Of a DNA stretch of 64,000 nt, positions 30,282-39,390 are shown in pieces; position 1 is the first letter of the stretch; each line of letters begins with the position of its first letter. Origin of the DNA: Thermodesulfobacteriota bacterium (GTDB lineage Bacteria; Desulfobacterota; Desulfobacteria; Desulfobacterales; C00003060). Made by a program: the position numbers and the translations under genes. Location of the stretch: assembly GCA_034189385.1 (NCBI GenBank), contig JAXHVD010000017.1:1-64000 (forward strand), read 5' to 3'. Below the pieces are notes generated by a model. The model saw only the letters and a list, made by a program, of their open reading frames with translations, did no database searches and was not told where the DNA came from.

Positions 30282-31132
30282 CCGGGCCTCAAGCCAAGGA
30301 AAGAGAGATCCGGGCCGTGGTGCTGACTGGCTATGGCCTGAACTGCGACCGTGAGACGGCCTATGCCTTTGAATTGGCAGGGGCCGTGGCCCACCGCGTG
30401 CATATGAACACCCTCATTGCAGGAGAGGTGCTCCTTTCAGACTATGATATCCTGGCCTTTGATGGGGGCTTTAGCTGGGGAGACGATCACGGGGCCGGGG
30501 TCTTAGAAGCGGTCCGCTTCCGGTCCAATATGGGCGAGGCCCTGCACCGCTTCATCGAAGAGGGTAAACTGGTTATAGGAATCTGCAATGGCTTCCAGGC
30601 CATCGTGAACATGGGGTTGCTGCCCGGCTTTGACAAAGACTACCATACACGGCACGTGGCTTTGACTTCTAATGATTGCGGAAATTTTAGAGATGACTGG
30701 GTCACCCTTGTGGGAAATGCAGATTCTCCTTGCGTCTTCACCAAGGGGATTGCGTCTTTGGAGATCCCTGTCCGCCATGGGGAGGGAAAACTCTACGCTC
30801 CCCCTGAGGTGATAGGGCGCTTGACGGCGCAACAGCAGGTGGTGCTGCAATATGCCACACCCCAAGGGGAGTTGGCCAAGGGGCGATTTCCTTACAATCC
30901 AAACGGGTCTGTTGAGGATATCGCTGGCATATGTGACCCCACGGGCCGTATCTTCGGCCTCATGCCCCACCCCGAGGCCTTTACCCACTGGACAAATCAT
31001 CCGGATTGGACCCGCACCAAGGCGATCTTGAAGCGCAAAGGGCACCCCATGCCGTCGGGGCCGTCGGAACCCACGCTGGGCATCAAGATCTTCAAGAACG
31101 CCGTTGACTACATGCGAGAAGCCTGTGGTTGA
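30278..31132 (+). CDS. purQ: FGAM synthase glutaminase subunit PurQ
   Basis: GGFSWGD, GICNGFQ, HGEG, NPNGS, GLMPHPE. Confidence 0.95.
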   Translation: MTGPQAKEREIRAVVLTGYGLNCDRETAYAFELAGAVAHRVHMNTLIAGEVLLSDYDILAFDGGFSWGDDHGAGVLEAVRFRSNMGEALHRFIEEGKLVIGICNGFQAIVNMGLLPGFDKDYHTRHVALTSNDCGNFRDDWVTLVGNADSPCVFTKGIASLEIPVRHGEGKLYAPPEVIGRLTAQQQVVLQYATPQGELAKGRFPYNPNGSVEDIAGICDPTGRIFGLMPHPEAFTHWTNHPDWTRTKAILKRKGHPMPSGPSEPTLGIKIFKNAVDYMREACG

Positions 31133-31171
31133 GGACGACGTACTCATAGGGCAAATTGCAAAAACAAACGT

Positions 31172-31504
31172 TCACCGCAAAGACGCAAAGAGCGCAGAGA
31201 TCATCCTTTGGATGGCTTCGGCCCCGTCCACGGCAGAGGTGATGAAGGCATCGGCATCGTGGCCAAGTCTTCCCTTGTAGCGGGCCTCCACGAATTTGAG
31301 GTAGATCATGACCTGGTCCAGGGGCGGTTGTAGATCATTGGCCATGGCATGGGCCCACTTCTTGAGGGTCTTATTTTCTTGCTCAAGTTGGAGGACACGC
31401 TCTTTTTCTCTTTCCAAGGCTCTCTTGTGATCAAGAAGCAGCTCTTCTAGCGCCTCGACCCGCTCTTCTAGCTTTTCGTAAGTGGGCTTTCCGTCCATGG
31501 GCAT
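31172..31504 (-). CDS. Small coiled-coil + degenerate HisKA (DHp) protein, no ATPase domain
   Basis: KPTYEKLEERV coiled coil; AMANDLQPPL...RYKGRL..DADAFI..AVDGA resembles the SHDLQEPL DHp, with His replaced by Asn. Confidence 0.65.
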   Translation of the reverse strand: MPMDGKPTYEKLEERVEALEELLLDHKRALEREKERVLQLEQENKTLKKWAHAMANDLQPPLDQVMIYLKFVEARYKGRLGHDADAFITSAVDGAEAIQRMISALFASLR

Positions 31505-31562
31505 CTCCTCGGGACATTACCTTTTCCTCTTGCTGGAATCACTAGCTTACGTCTCGTACCAT

Positions 31563-32227
31563 GATCAACGATTTGAAGTAAGGTAAAAGCGTAGGGAGGT
31601 TTGTGGAGGGGCAGAGCAGTGGTTTGGGTGGTTTCTGGGCCATGGGAAGGTCGGGATAGGGAGACTCGCTTCACTGCGGCCTCCAATGCCTTTTGTAGCC
31701 GTCCGAAGCTGGGTAAGAGGCAATGGCTGTAGGCCCCTGTTGAGATATGTTCAGCGAATCTCCCCATCCCTTTGTTGCGGAATAAAGATCAACGATTTGA
31801 AGTGATCTAAAAATGTGGCGAGGTTTGAGGGGGGGGCAGAGCAGTGGTTTGGGTGGTTTCTGGGCCATGGAAAGGTCGGGATAGGGAGACTCGCTTCACT
31901 GCGGCCTCCAATGCCTTTTGTAGCCGTCCGAAGCTGGGTAAGAGGCAATGGCTGTAGGCCCCTGTTGAGATATGTCCAGCGAATCTCCCCATCCCTTTGT
32001 TGCGGAATAAAGATCAACGATTTGAAGTGATCTAAAAATGTGGCGAGGTTTGAGGGGGGGGCAGAGCAGTGGTTTGGGTGGTTTCTGGGCCATGGAAAGG
32101 TCGGGATGGGGGCATGCGCTTCACTTTGGCCTCCAATGCCTATAGTAGCTACGGAAAGATGGTAGGTGGCAATGGCTGTAGGCCCCTGTTGAGATATGTC
32201 CAGCGAATCTCCCCATCCCTTTGTTGC
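31563..32227 (+). repeat. Tandem array of three ~225-bp structured repeats (family C)
   Basis: Units start at 31563, 31787 and 32012; each has a gggatRgggagactcgct...agcgaatctccccatccc inverted repeat (left arm diverged in unit 3). Confidence 0.95.
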
Positions 32228-32311
32228 TAGATAGTGGGGTCCAGGTCTTGATACACTTGCTATCGTTAGACAGGAGGGGCGCCAAAATGGGTTTGCTTGC
32301 CGGGGGGGCCA

Positions 32312-33454
32312 TCAAGGGGACCGCATTCGAAACTGCTGGAGAACGTGATGAAAGGCCTCTAGATGAAGGGGGTTCTCTTGGCTCCAGAAGAGATGGGTGG
32401 GGCATTTGCAATCTGATGACCCGAAGCCGGCTGGACCCTGCTCCATGACGGTGGAAAGGGCCTCAGCGATATGACACTCAAGCCTTTGGGAGGACCGCAC
32501 AGGGATGGGGACGACGCTCTCCGCCTCCTGGGTAAGATAATCGATGTGCCAATGGCGACGCTTTTGTCTCCTTGTATGTCTTGCCACGCGGGCCGAGAGG
32601 TGTTTCATGGCAGAGCCCACATAGACATAGTAGCCTTTTGAAAACCGCGCCCTTTTTAAATGCCCAACCTGAAGGCTCTTCTCTTTTTTCCATTTTAGAA
32701 CCAACAGGTAGCTTCCCCTGTCTTGGACCTCTTCGTTCAAATACTGCCACGGGATATCCAACACCCTTATATCTTTTCTGAGGGTCAGGTCCTTTTTCCA
32801 GCCGATGGCCACGGGCAAGATACGGACATCCTTTCGCACCTTGAGCAAGGCTGCGCTGAATGCAAGGTCTGTATGAAAGTCCGGCATGAACCATTTCACG
32901 TGGGGATAGTGGACCAGAAAAAGGACCACTGTGGGGACCTTGTTGCGGGCCATCTTGGCAAGTTCAAGGAGGTGCCTTTTGCCACGCTCCGTCACAGCGT
33001 CTGGAAACATGGCTACATTGTTTCCAAAGAGGGTGCACGATTTGACCTCTAAATAGAGATCCCGGCCTTTTTCACGGAGAAGAAAATCGAACCGGCTCCT
33101 GCCCACAGGGACCTCTGCCTGGACAACGCGGGTCCCCTTTAGAGGGGGGATCAGCTGCTTTTCGAGAAGACGGCCGGCCACCTCGTTGGTGGCATGGGTG
33201 TGGAGAAAGATGGGACATCCCTCGCGCTCTACGGCCAGGACCGTATACTTGGTCTTCCGAGTTGAGGGGCCTGCCTCTGTTAACCCATTCACTGGTTGAA
33301 GATAGAGGACGGCACCGGGCAAGAGGAGCTCCCAGAGGCGGCCCGGGTTGGGGAGGTAAGCATTGATGTGGCCTCGTCCGTGGGCCACACATTGAACTAG
33401 AAATCGGTTGGGCCGTGCAAGGAATTGTCCTTTGAAGACGCCGTGAAATTTCAA
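32312..33454 (-). CDS. sfsA: SfsA nuclease fused to a DUF123/GIY-YIG-like domain
   Basis: RPNRF, NPGRL, SRFDF, EVKSCT, FPDAVTERGKRHL; C-terminal GYYVYVGSA...RVARH...WHIDYL...GFGSSDCKCPTHL. Confidence 0.9.
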   Translation of the reverse strand: MKFHGVFKGQFLARPNRFLVQCVAHGRGHINAYLPNPGRLWELLLPGAVLYLQPVNGLTEAGPSTRKTKYTVLAVEREGCPIFLHTHATNEVAGRLLEKQLIPPLKGTRVVQAEVPVGRSRFDFLLREKGRDLYLEVKSCTLFGNNVAMFPDAVTERGKRHLLELAKMARNKVPTVVLFLVHYPHVKWFMPDFHTDLAFSAALLKVRKDVRILPVAIGWKKDLTLRKDIRVLDIPWQYLNEEVQDRGSYLLVLKWKKEKSLQVGHLKRARFSKGYYVYVGSAMKHLSARVARHTRRQKRRHWHIDYLTQEAESVVPIPVRSSQRLECHIAEALSTVMEQGPAGFGSSDCKCPTHLFWSQENPLHLEAFHHVLQQFRMRSP

Positions 33455-33484
33455 ATAACCGTTTCTCCCGTCATCTGCTCCTTT

Positions 33485-33535
33485 TTGAACCGATTAAGCG
33501 AGCGCATTCCCTGCAGATTGCTGCAGGGTCTTCAA
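33485..33535. repeat. Repeat family B (short form)
   Basis: ttgaaccgattaagcgagcgcattccctgcagattgctgcagggtcttcaa. Confidence 0.8.
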
Positions 33536-33664
33536 AGGCCCCGTACTCTACAAATGATGCCAAAACAACCTCATTCTCTTTGACGGCCCTCCCTCCCGCC
33601 GTTGCCTGCCACGGACCAGACAGGTTGGCCCCTGGCTCCATAGGCCATTACCCGCATGAAGCCC

Positions 33665-34420
33665 TTACTTGCCCTTGTCCATGTCCCCCTTTTTGGAGTC
33701 ATGACCCGAGTCTGGAAATGCAGGGTGAGACTCAAGAGTCTTCTGCAAGCCCTTTAACTCCCTTAGCAGTAACCGATATTCGGCAATCAATTCTTCCGGC
33801 TCTGAGTCTCTGCTTTTTTCGGCCAGCCTATTTATAACAACTACAGCCCGCTTCGCTCCAACAATGGAGGCGCTTTGAGAGAATTCGCTCAGATCTTCAG
33901 GAGGCAGTGTGGGATTGTTCTGATCTATTTGTTGCTCTAGCAGAGCGGTCTTCTGACACAAAAGGGTATGGAATGTCTGGAGAATCTCCTCGTAAGAGTC
34001 GCGATCCAGACCGAATTCCGCCATTACTCGATCCTGATCATCAAGAACCGGGCTCTCCTGCTTTAGGGCTTTGGCTACCTCTTTTTGCAGCGCCTTTGCA
34101 TTCACCGGCTTAATAAGATAGTATCGACATCCCATGGCAATAGCCTTCTTTACTGTTTTGGCATCTGCAAGAGAGCTACACATGATCACGGGGAGATTGT
34201 TCCACTCCGGCGTTTGTTTAATCCTTGAAAGGAGTTCCAGCCCATCCATCTCCGGCATCATGATGTCCATGATCACGAGTTGAATCTCAGAATGAAGGCC
34301 CAGATGTTCTAAAGCCTGTTTTCCATTCTTTGCCACAATGGTCTGGTAGTCCCATTTTTTAAGATTACCCTCCAGCACCTTTGCGACCAGTTCGTTGTCA
34401 TCGACGATGAGTATGCTCAT
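33665..34420 (-). CDS. Response regulator with C-terminal HPt-like helical domain
   Basis: ILIVDD, MDIMMPEMDG, YLIKP; AGGAGG RBS; C-terminal region HPt-like but lacking the His. Confidence 0.85.
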   Translation of the reverse strand: MSILIVDDNELVAKVLEGNLKKWDYQTIVAKNGKQALEHLGLHSEIQLVIMDIMMPEMDGLELLSRIKQTPEWNNLPVIMCSSLADAKTVKKAIAMGCRYYLIKPVNAKALQKEVAKALKQESPVLDDQDRVMAEFGLDRDSYEEILQTFHTLLCQKTALLEQQIDQNNPTLPPEDLSEFSQSASIVGAKRAVVVINRLAEKSRDSEPEELIAEYRLLLRELKGLQKTLESHPAFPDSGHDSKKGDMDKGK

Positions 34421-34506
34421 GGATCCTCCTTGGAAGCTCTTTGCCCTGTGTTCAAAAGACCTGTCTATTTCTATAAAACCCCGTGCTCTGGGCGGAGGGC
34501 TTGACT

Positions 34507-34983
34507 TTACGCCAATCGCTTTACCAACTTCCCGACCATCTTGCCGTACGCCACACACTCATCATGAACCTCTTGATCGGGCGCCCCTACAGAGACAGGA
34601 CCGTAATGGTTCCCCTTTTGTACCCCCGGGATGATCATGCCGTGGATCAACAACCCCTGCAAGATGCTCATGATGGTGGTTTCGTTGCCACCGCCAATCA
34701 TTCCTGATGACGTAAAGGCCCCGCCAACTTTTCCCACCAGCTTTCCGTAGCATTGAATACTCTTGTCCATCAACTCCTTTGTTTCCCTTGCCATGACACC
34801 GAAATAGGTGGGACTGCCCATGATGATGCCGTCAGAGGAACGGAGGTCTGAAATGGTGGTATCCTGCACCCTTTTAAGGTCCACCGTGACGTCTTGCAAG
34901 GAATTTACCCCGTCCCGGATGCTTTCAGCCATGGCCTTGGTATTTCCCGATTTTGAAAAATAGCTAATCAGTACTTTTGCCAT
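34507..34983 (-). CDS. Flavodoxin-like WrbA-family NAD(P)H oxidoreductase
   Basis: YFSKSGNT, GSPTYFG, GKVGGAFTSSG...GGNET. Confidence 0.9.
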   Translation of the reverse strand: MAKVLISYFSKSGNTKAMAESIRDGVNSLQDVTVDLKRVQDTTISDLRSSDGIIMGSPTYFGVMARETKELMDKSIQCYGKLVGKVGGAFTSSGMIGGGNETTIMSILQGLLIHGMIIPGVQKGNHYGPVSVGAPDQEVHDECVAYGKMVGKLVKRLA

Positions 34984-35562
34984 TTTTTGCCTCCCCTCTT
35001 TGATGAAATCGTAGAAAGCCTGAGAACACCATTTATTGCGAATCCGTCAAGGTCCTTGCCCCGACGCCTGGACGCAAAGGTTGGAGGGTCAACATCACCC
35101 TAATCAAAAGATAGACAAAGATCGGCCACTTGGTTAAGTATTGCAAGAGATATTTCGCTTTCTGGATCTATCTGTTTAGTTACGATCTAAGCCCACCGCT
35201 TTTAGCGGTGGACCCGTAGAGGTTCTACCGATCCGGGGTGTGTGAGAACATACATTTGTTCATTTTGCGGCTTGCGCCTTGAGAAGAGCACTTTGCTCGG
35301 CCCAAAGAAAACGAACCAAAAGAAAGGGCGCCCTGTCCCTTGGTCCTTCGGACTGCCCTGTGCTTCTGGAACAGGCCGGGCGCGCGAAAACTCCCCCGAC
35401 TTTCGTCGGGGTCAGACAGTTCGCACGCCTGATCGGCCGGATTCTGCGATGCTCGGCTGCGGGACAATGGGTTTGCCAGGTCCGGTGAAATAGTCGTTCT
35501 GATATAGGCCCCCCTTTGGGGGGCTTCCTGAGGCCGCCTGCTCTGCAGGCGGAGACTCACTG

Positions 35563-36690
35563 ATGACCTCAAGAAAAGAAAAGACAAATGCTCTTCAAGA
35601 GGCCCTGGAGCGCCGCATCCTTCACGGGCTGGCCTGGGAATGGAAGACAGCGCTTTGGGTGTTGGGCGCCTCTCACAAGAGCTTGATGCGGATGCCTTTG
35701 TTCAGCCTCAGGGACATGACAAAGAGACTCGGTTGTTGGTCCGGTGATAGGCGGGAGATATGTCTGAGTCGCGCTCTTGTGCTCAACCATTCCTGGGACG
35801 CCGTTCGTGAGGTTCTTCTTCATGAGATGGCCCATCAGTTCGCAGACGAGGCCTTAGGCGCTCCTCAAGAGCCGCCCCATGGTCCCATGTTCCTTAGGGC
35901 CTGTCATCTTCTCAGGGCCAATCCAAGGGCCTCGGGCAGATACAGGCCTCTTGATGAGCGCCTCTCTCGGGAATTGCCAAGCCAGGAAGACAAGATCATG
36001 GTTCGGGTGAAGAAGCTCATGGCCCTGGCAGAGAGTAAAAACCAACATGAAGCAGAGTTAGCCATGGCAAAGGCCCACGAGCTGATTGGCAAGTACAACC
36101 TGAAACTCCTGACCCATAGTGAAGACAGGGATTTCACCAGCGTCTTTGTGGGCAAGCCCGCGCTGCGTCGTTTCCGGGAAGACTACCACCTCGCCCGTTT
36201 GTTGCAGGACTACTACTTTGTCTATGGCCTGTGGGTGCCGGCCTATGTCCTGGAAAAGGGGAAAATGGGCCGTGTCCTGGAGATCAGCGGAACCCTCCAG
36301 AACACGAAGATAGCCAGTTATATCCACGAGTTTGTCCAGCACTATGTGGATAGCCAGTGGGAAACATACAATGAAGACAAGGCATTGAATCGGTATCGAA
36401 AGACAGACTTTGCCGTAGGGATCATAGAGGGGTTTCGCTCCAAACTGAAACAGCAGGTCAAGGGGAAGAAACAGGTCACAGCGCAACGAGGGCTTATCAA
36501 GCTTGAGGACCCCCTGCTCCTGGCCTATGCGGCCTATCGGTATCCCCACACGACAAACTTCAAGAGGGAGGGGTCCAGTCAAGATGATGATGTCTTAAGA
36601 GACGGGATGAAAGTGGGCAGAAAGATGGTTATTTCCAAAGGGATTACGGAAAAGGCTAAGAGCAAGAGACTTCTTTTGGAAAAACTGTAA
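35563..36690 (+). CDS. SprT-like metalloprotease + DUF2786-like protein
   Basis: VLLHEMAHQ...HGPMF; VKKLMALAES.NQHEAELAMAKAHELI. Confidence 0.82.
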   Translation: MTSRKEKTNALQEALERRILHGLAWEWKTALWVLGASHKSLMRMPLFSLRDMTKRLGCWSGDRREICLSRALVLNHSWDAVREVLLHEMAHQFADEALGAPQEPPHGPMFLRACHLLRANPRASGRYRPLDERLSRELPSQEDKIMVRVKKLMALAESKNQHEAELAMAKAHELIGKYNLKLLTHSEDRDFTSVFVGKPALRRFREDYHLARLLQDYYFVYGLWVPAYVLEKGKMGRVLEISGTLQNTKIASYIHEFVQHYVDSQWETYNEDKALNRYRKTDFAVGIIEGFRSKLKQQVKGKKQVTAQRGLIKLEDPLLLAYAAYRYPHTTNFKREGSSQDDDVLRDGMKVGRKMVISKGITEKAKSKRLLLEKL

Positions 36691-36954
36691 GCCTTGAGAT
36701 GCGAGACCTTTTCACAACCCCTTCTCACTTGGTTCTGTGAGCGTCTTGATGGCCCAAGGCGCCCCGCATTCGCTCTTGGAGCTACAGCATTGCCTCGCCA
36801 TTTATTCCTGTAGCGAGCTACAGGCTATTCTGACAAAGGCGAATAAACTGAGAAGGCTCTACTCCGCAAGCAAGAAGGAGTGGAGCCTTCTTAGACTGGC
36901 ACTGCTGCGGCGATGATGCGCATTTGGTGCCAGCCGTTTTATTGCCCAGACGGG

Positions 36955-37053
36955 TCAACCCATCATGGTGACAAATACGATCAATATGATGATGCCAACA
37001 ACACCGCATACGATCCAAACAGATAAGAGTTGCTTCCAGTCCCGCTCAGCCAT
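36955..37053 (-). CDS. Small single-TM protein, 32 aa: MAERDWKQLLSVWIVCGVVGIIILIVFVTMMG
   Basis: Hand-translated; AAGGAGGT RBS at 37063-37070; one long hydrophobic helix. Confidence 0.65.
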   Translation of the reverse strand: MAERDWKQLLSVWIVCGVVGIIILIVFVTMMG

Positions 37054-37364
37054 TCTCAGAACACCTCCTTCCTGGACACGTCTGTACACTACTCTTCAAG
37101 GGCGGAAGGTCTTGGCAGTCGAAAGGCTCCCGTCGGCGGAGTGGCGTACTTACTGCATTCGGTCTAACTGGTGATGGTCCCTTTAGGGCACGGTCGATTT
37201 CGGGCAGAGGCTAGCGGCAGTGCAGATTTTTGTCAAGTCTTTCTATAGGATAACGGGTCGTTGGAGGAGGCCATAGGTGGGACTCCCCAACCAGGACATG
37301 GCCCGCAACGCTTGCCAAGGCCCTCCTTCTATGCCATGGCAAGGCCTTGTATAGGTCTTCGGCA

Positions 37365-37871
37365 TCAAGGGGCCATATAGACCCCTCTTCGTATCCTCTT
37401 GATTTTTCCCTGTTTGAATGCCTTGGAGACAATATTTCTCACCTTGTTTTGATCATACCCTGTCTTCTGTGTCAGGGTGGAAATATCAATCCCTTTCTTG
37501 GACCTCTTAATGAGCTTAATGACCTGGTCCGTGGCCGTCATGGACGCGCCCTTCTTTGGAGCCGCCTTGCCGACAGCAGGCCTCTTTGCTGGGGCCTTTG
37601 TCCCTGCCTTGCGCCTGACGCCTTGTTTCTTTACCTTCTTTTCCTTTTCGAGGGCCTCAACTGTCTTGGCCAGCTTCTCCATTTGGCGTGTCAAGCCTTT
37701 CAAGGCCTCAGCCGCCCGCTGTGCCGGGGATTTCAATTTAATGGCAGCCTGGGCGTGCTCAAGCCCCTCAACGGCCGTCCTTGTCAGTTGGGAGGTGAGG
37801 TTTCCGATTCTTTTTGAGAGTGTCTTGAACTCACTGGTCACAGCCCGCACGTCGTTTCTGAACTGTCTCAT
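37365..37871 (-). CDS. Basic histone-like protein (coiled coil, Lys/Ala linker, C-terminal winged-helix-like)
   Basis: KAPAKRPAVGKAAPKK linker; TATDQVIKLIKRSKKGIDISTL..KTG....VRNIV....KQGKIKR..RGVY. Confidence 0.7.
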   Translation of the reverse strand: MRQFRNDVRAVTSEFKTLSKRIGNLTSQLTRTAVEGLEHAQAAIKLKSPAQRAAEALKGLTRQMEKLAKTVEALEKEKKVKKQGVRRKAGTKAPAKRPAVGKAAPKKGASMTATDQVIKLIKRSKKGIDISTLTQKTGYDQNKVRNIVSKAFKQGKIKRIRRGVYMAP

Positions 37872-37897
37872 GGATCCTTTTCCCCCTGTTCTTGGAT

Positions 37898-38176
37898 CTA
37901 ACGGTGGTCCACCCGCTCTTTTAATTCTTTGCCACACTTGAAAAAGGGGAGCTTTTTGGCTGGCACCTCGATGGGTTCCCCTGTCTTGGGGTTTCTCCCC
38001 GTATAAGCTTCATAATCCTTTACATAGATGCTGAATAGGCCCCTGATTTCAACCCTGTCTCCAGAGACAAGGGTCTGCGCCATGTTGTCAAAAAAAGACT
38101 CCACAATCCATTCGGCCATGCTTTTGGATAGGCCACTTTCCCTTGCCAACGCCTCTGAAAGCCCTGTCCTGTTCAT
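37898..38176 (-). CDS. Integration host factor / HU family protein (IHF beta-like)
   Basis: GDRVEIRGL, GRNPKTGE, KLPFFKCGKELKERV. Confidence 0.92.
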   Translation of the reverse strand: MNRTGLSEALARESGLSKSMAEWIVESFFDNMAQTLVSGDRVEIRGLFSIYVKDYEAYTGRNPKTGEPIEVPAKKLPFFKCGKELKERVDHR

Positions 38177-38421
38177 GATGCCCTCCGATAATTAAGGTTA
38201 AATCAGTTACATATAAAATCAGCGCAAGAATGTCAAGGCGCCTGAGGCACAGTAAGGCTTGTTCGGAGCCTTTTCACCTTGCCGGCGCTGTAGATTAACC
38301 ATTTGAAATTGCCATCTTTAGCCTTTCCAGGGGAGATGGAAAAACAACCTCTCAAAAGGTTTCAAAGAAATGTTGGTTTGGGCAAAAGGCCGTCCAGGTG
38401 GCTGCCCGAAGAAAAGATTCG

Positions 38422-38885
38422 AGCGAATCTCCCCATCCCTCTTTTGCGGAATAAAGATCAACAATTTGAAGTGATCTAAAAATGTGGCGAGGTTTGAGGG
38501 GGGGCAGAGCAGTGGTTTGGGCGGTTTCTGTGCAATGGAAAGGTCGGGATGGGGAGACTCGCTTCACTTCGGCCTCCAATGCCTTTTGTAGCCGTCCGAA
38601 ACTGATAGCTTGCAATGGCTGTACGCCTTCATTCAGCGAATCTTCCCATCCCTCTTTTGCCCAATCAAGATCAACGATTTGAAGTAAGGTAGGAGCGTAG
38701 GGGGGGTCGCAAAAAGGCAGAGTAGTGGTTTGGGCGGTTTCTGTGCAATGGAAAGGTCGGGATGGGGAGACTCGCTTCACTACGGCCTCCAATGCCTTTC
38801 GCAGCTGTCCGAAGCTGGGTAAGAGGCAATGGCTGTAGGCCCCTGTTGAGATATGTCCAGCGAATCTCCCCATCCCTCTTTTGCC
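38422..38885 (+). repeat. Tandem array of family C repeats (about two units plus a partial)
   Basis: Same unit as 31563-32227, same orientation. Confidence 0.92.
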
Positions 38886-39102
38886 AAATCTGAGGGCTAC
38901 AAGTCTTGACGGCCTACTTTTAGTGGAAACGAGGGGTCAGCCTTTTTTCAAGCCGCAGGCGCAAATTTGAGCAGGAATTTTCTAATCTTTTTTAGGTCCT
39001 TAAACAAGAAGCTCACGGGGAAGCCGAAGGGTGGGGCTTGGCTCGAAAAAGTAAGTGAGTGCCCATCCCCGAACGTCCAAGAAGGAAGTGGGCACTGGCG
39101 AC

Positions 39103-39245
39103 AGTTTCCAATTCAGAAATGAGCAGTTTTTCGCAAGATCAAGAAAATCAACGGATTGCGCGGAGGCGTACCGAGGTACGTCGCACAAGCGATCCGGCAG
39201 ATTGACGCCGAGATTGCGGAAAAGGGCCCTTTATGGATGGAAACT
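39103..39245. mobile_element. MITE-like palindromic element downstream of tRNA-Phe
   Basis: Ends agtttcca / tggaaact; nested internal inverted repeats (ttttcgcaa/ttgcggaaaa, cggattgc/gcgatccg, cgtac/gtacg). Confidence 0.55.
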
Positions 39246-39296
39246 AGTGAGAAAGAGTTGTAAAGGGGTCTCTAAGTAGGAAAAGGCAGAGACTTG

Positions 39297-39372
<76 letters not shown>

Positions 39373-39390
39373 ACCCAAGTGGGGAACTCT

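Noticed and set aside
31563..32227. CRISPR array interpretation of the 225-bp repeats
   Set aside because: Whole units repeat with no unique spacers, the period is far too long, and there are no cas genes
31468..32411. ORFs within family C repeats (also 38352-38873 and 62558-62970)
   Set aside because: Frames differ between copies, no RBS and no domain; they are by-products of the repeat
36818..37018. 66-aa ORF from the track
   Set aside because: No RBS; the overlapping 32-aa frame has a strong RBS and a coherent TM helix
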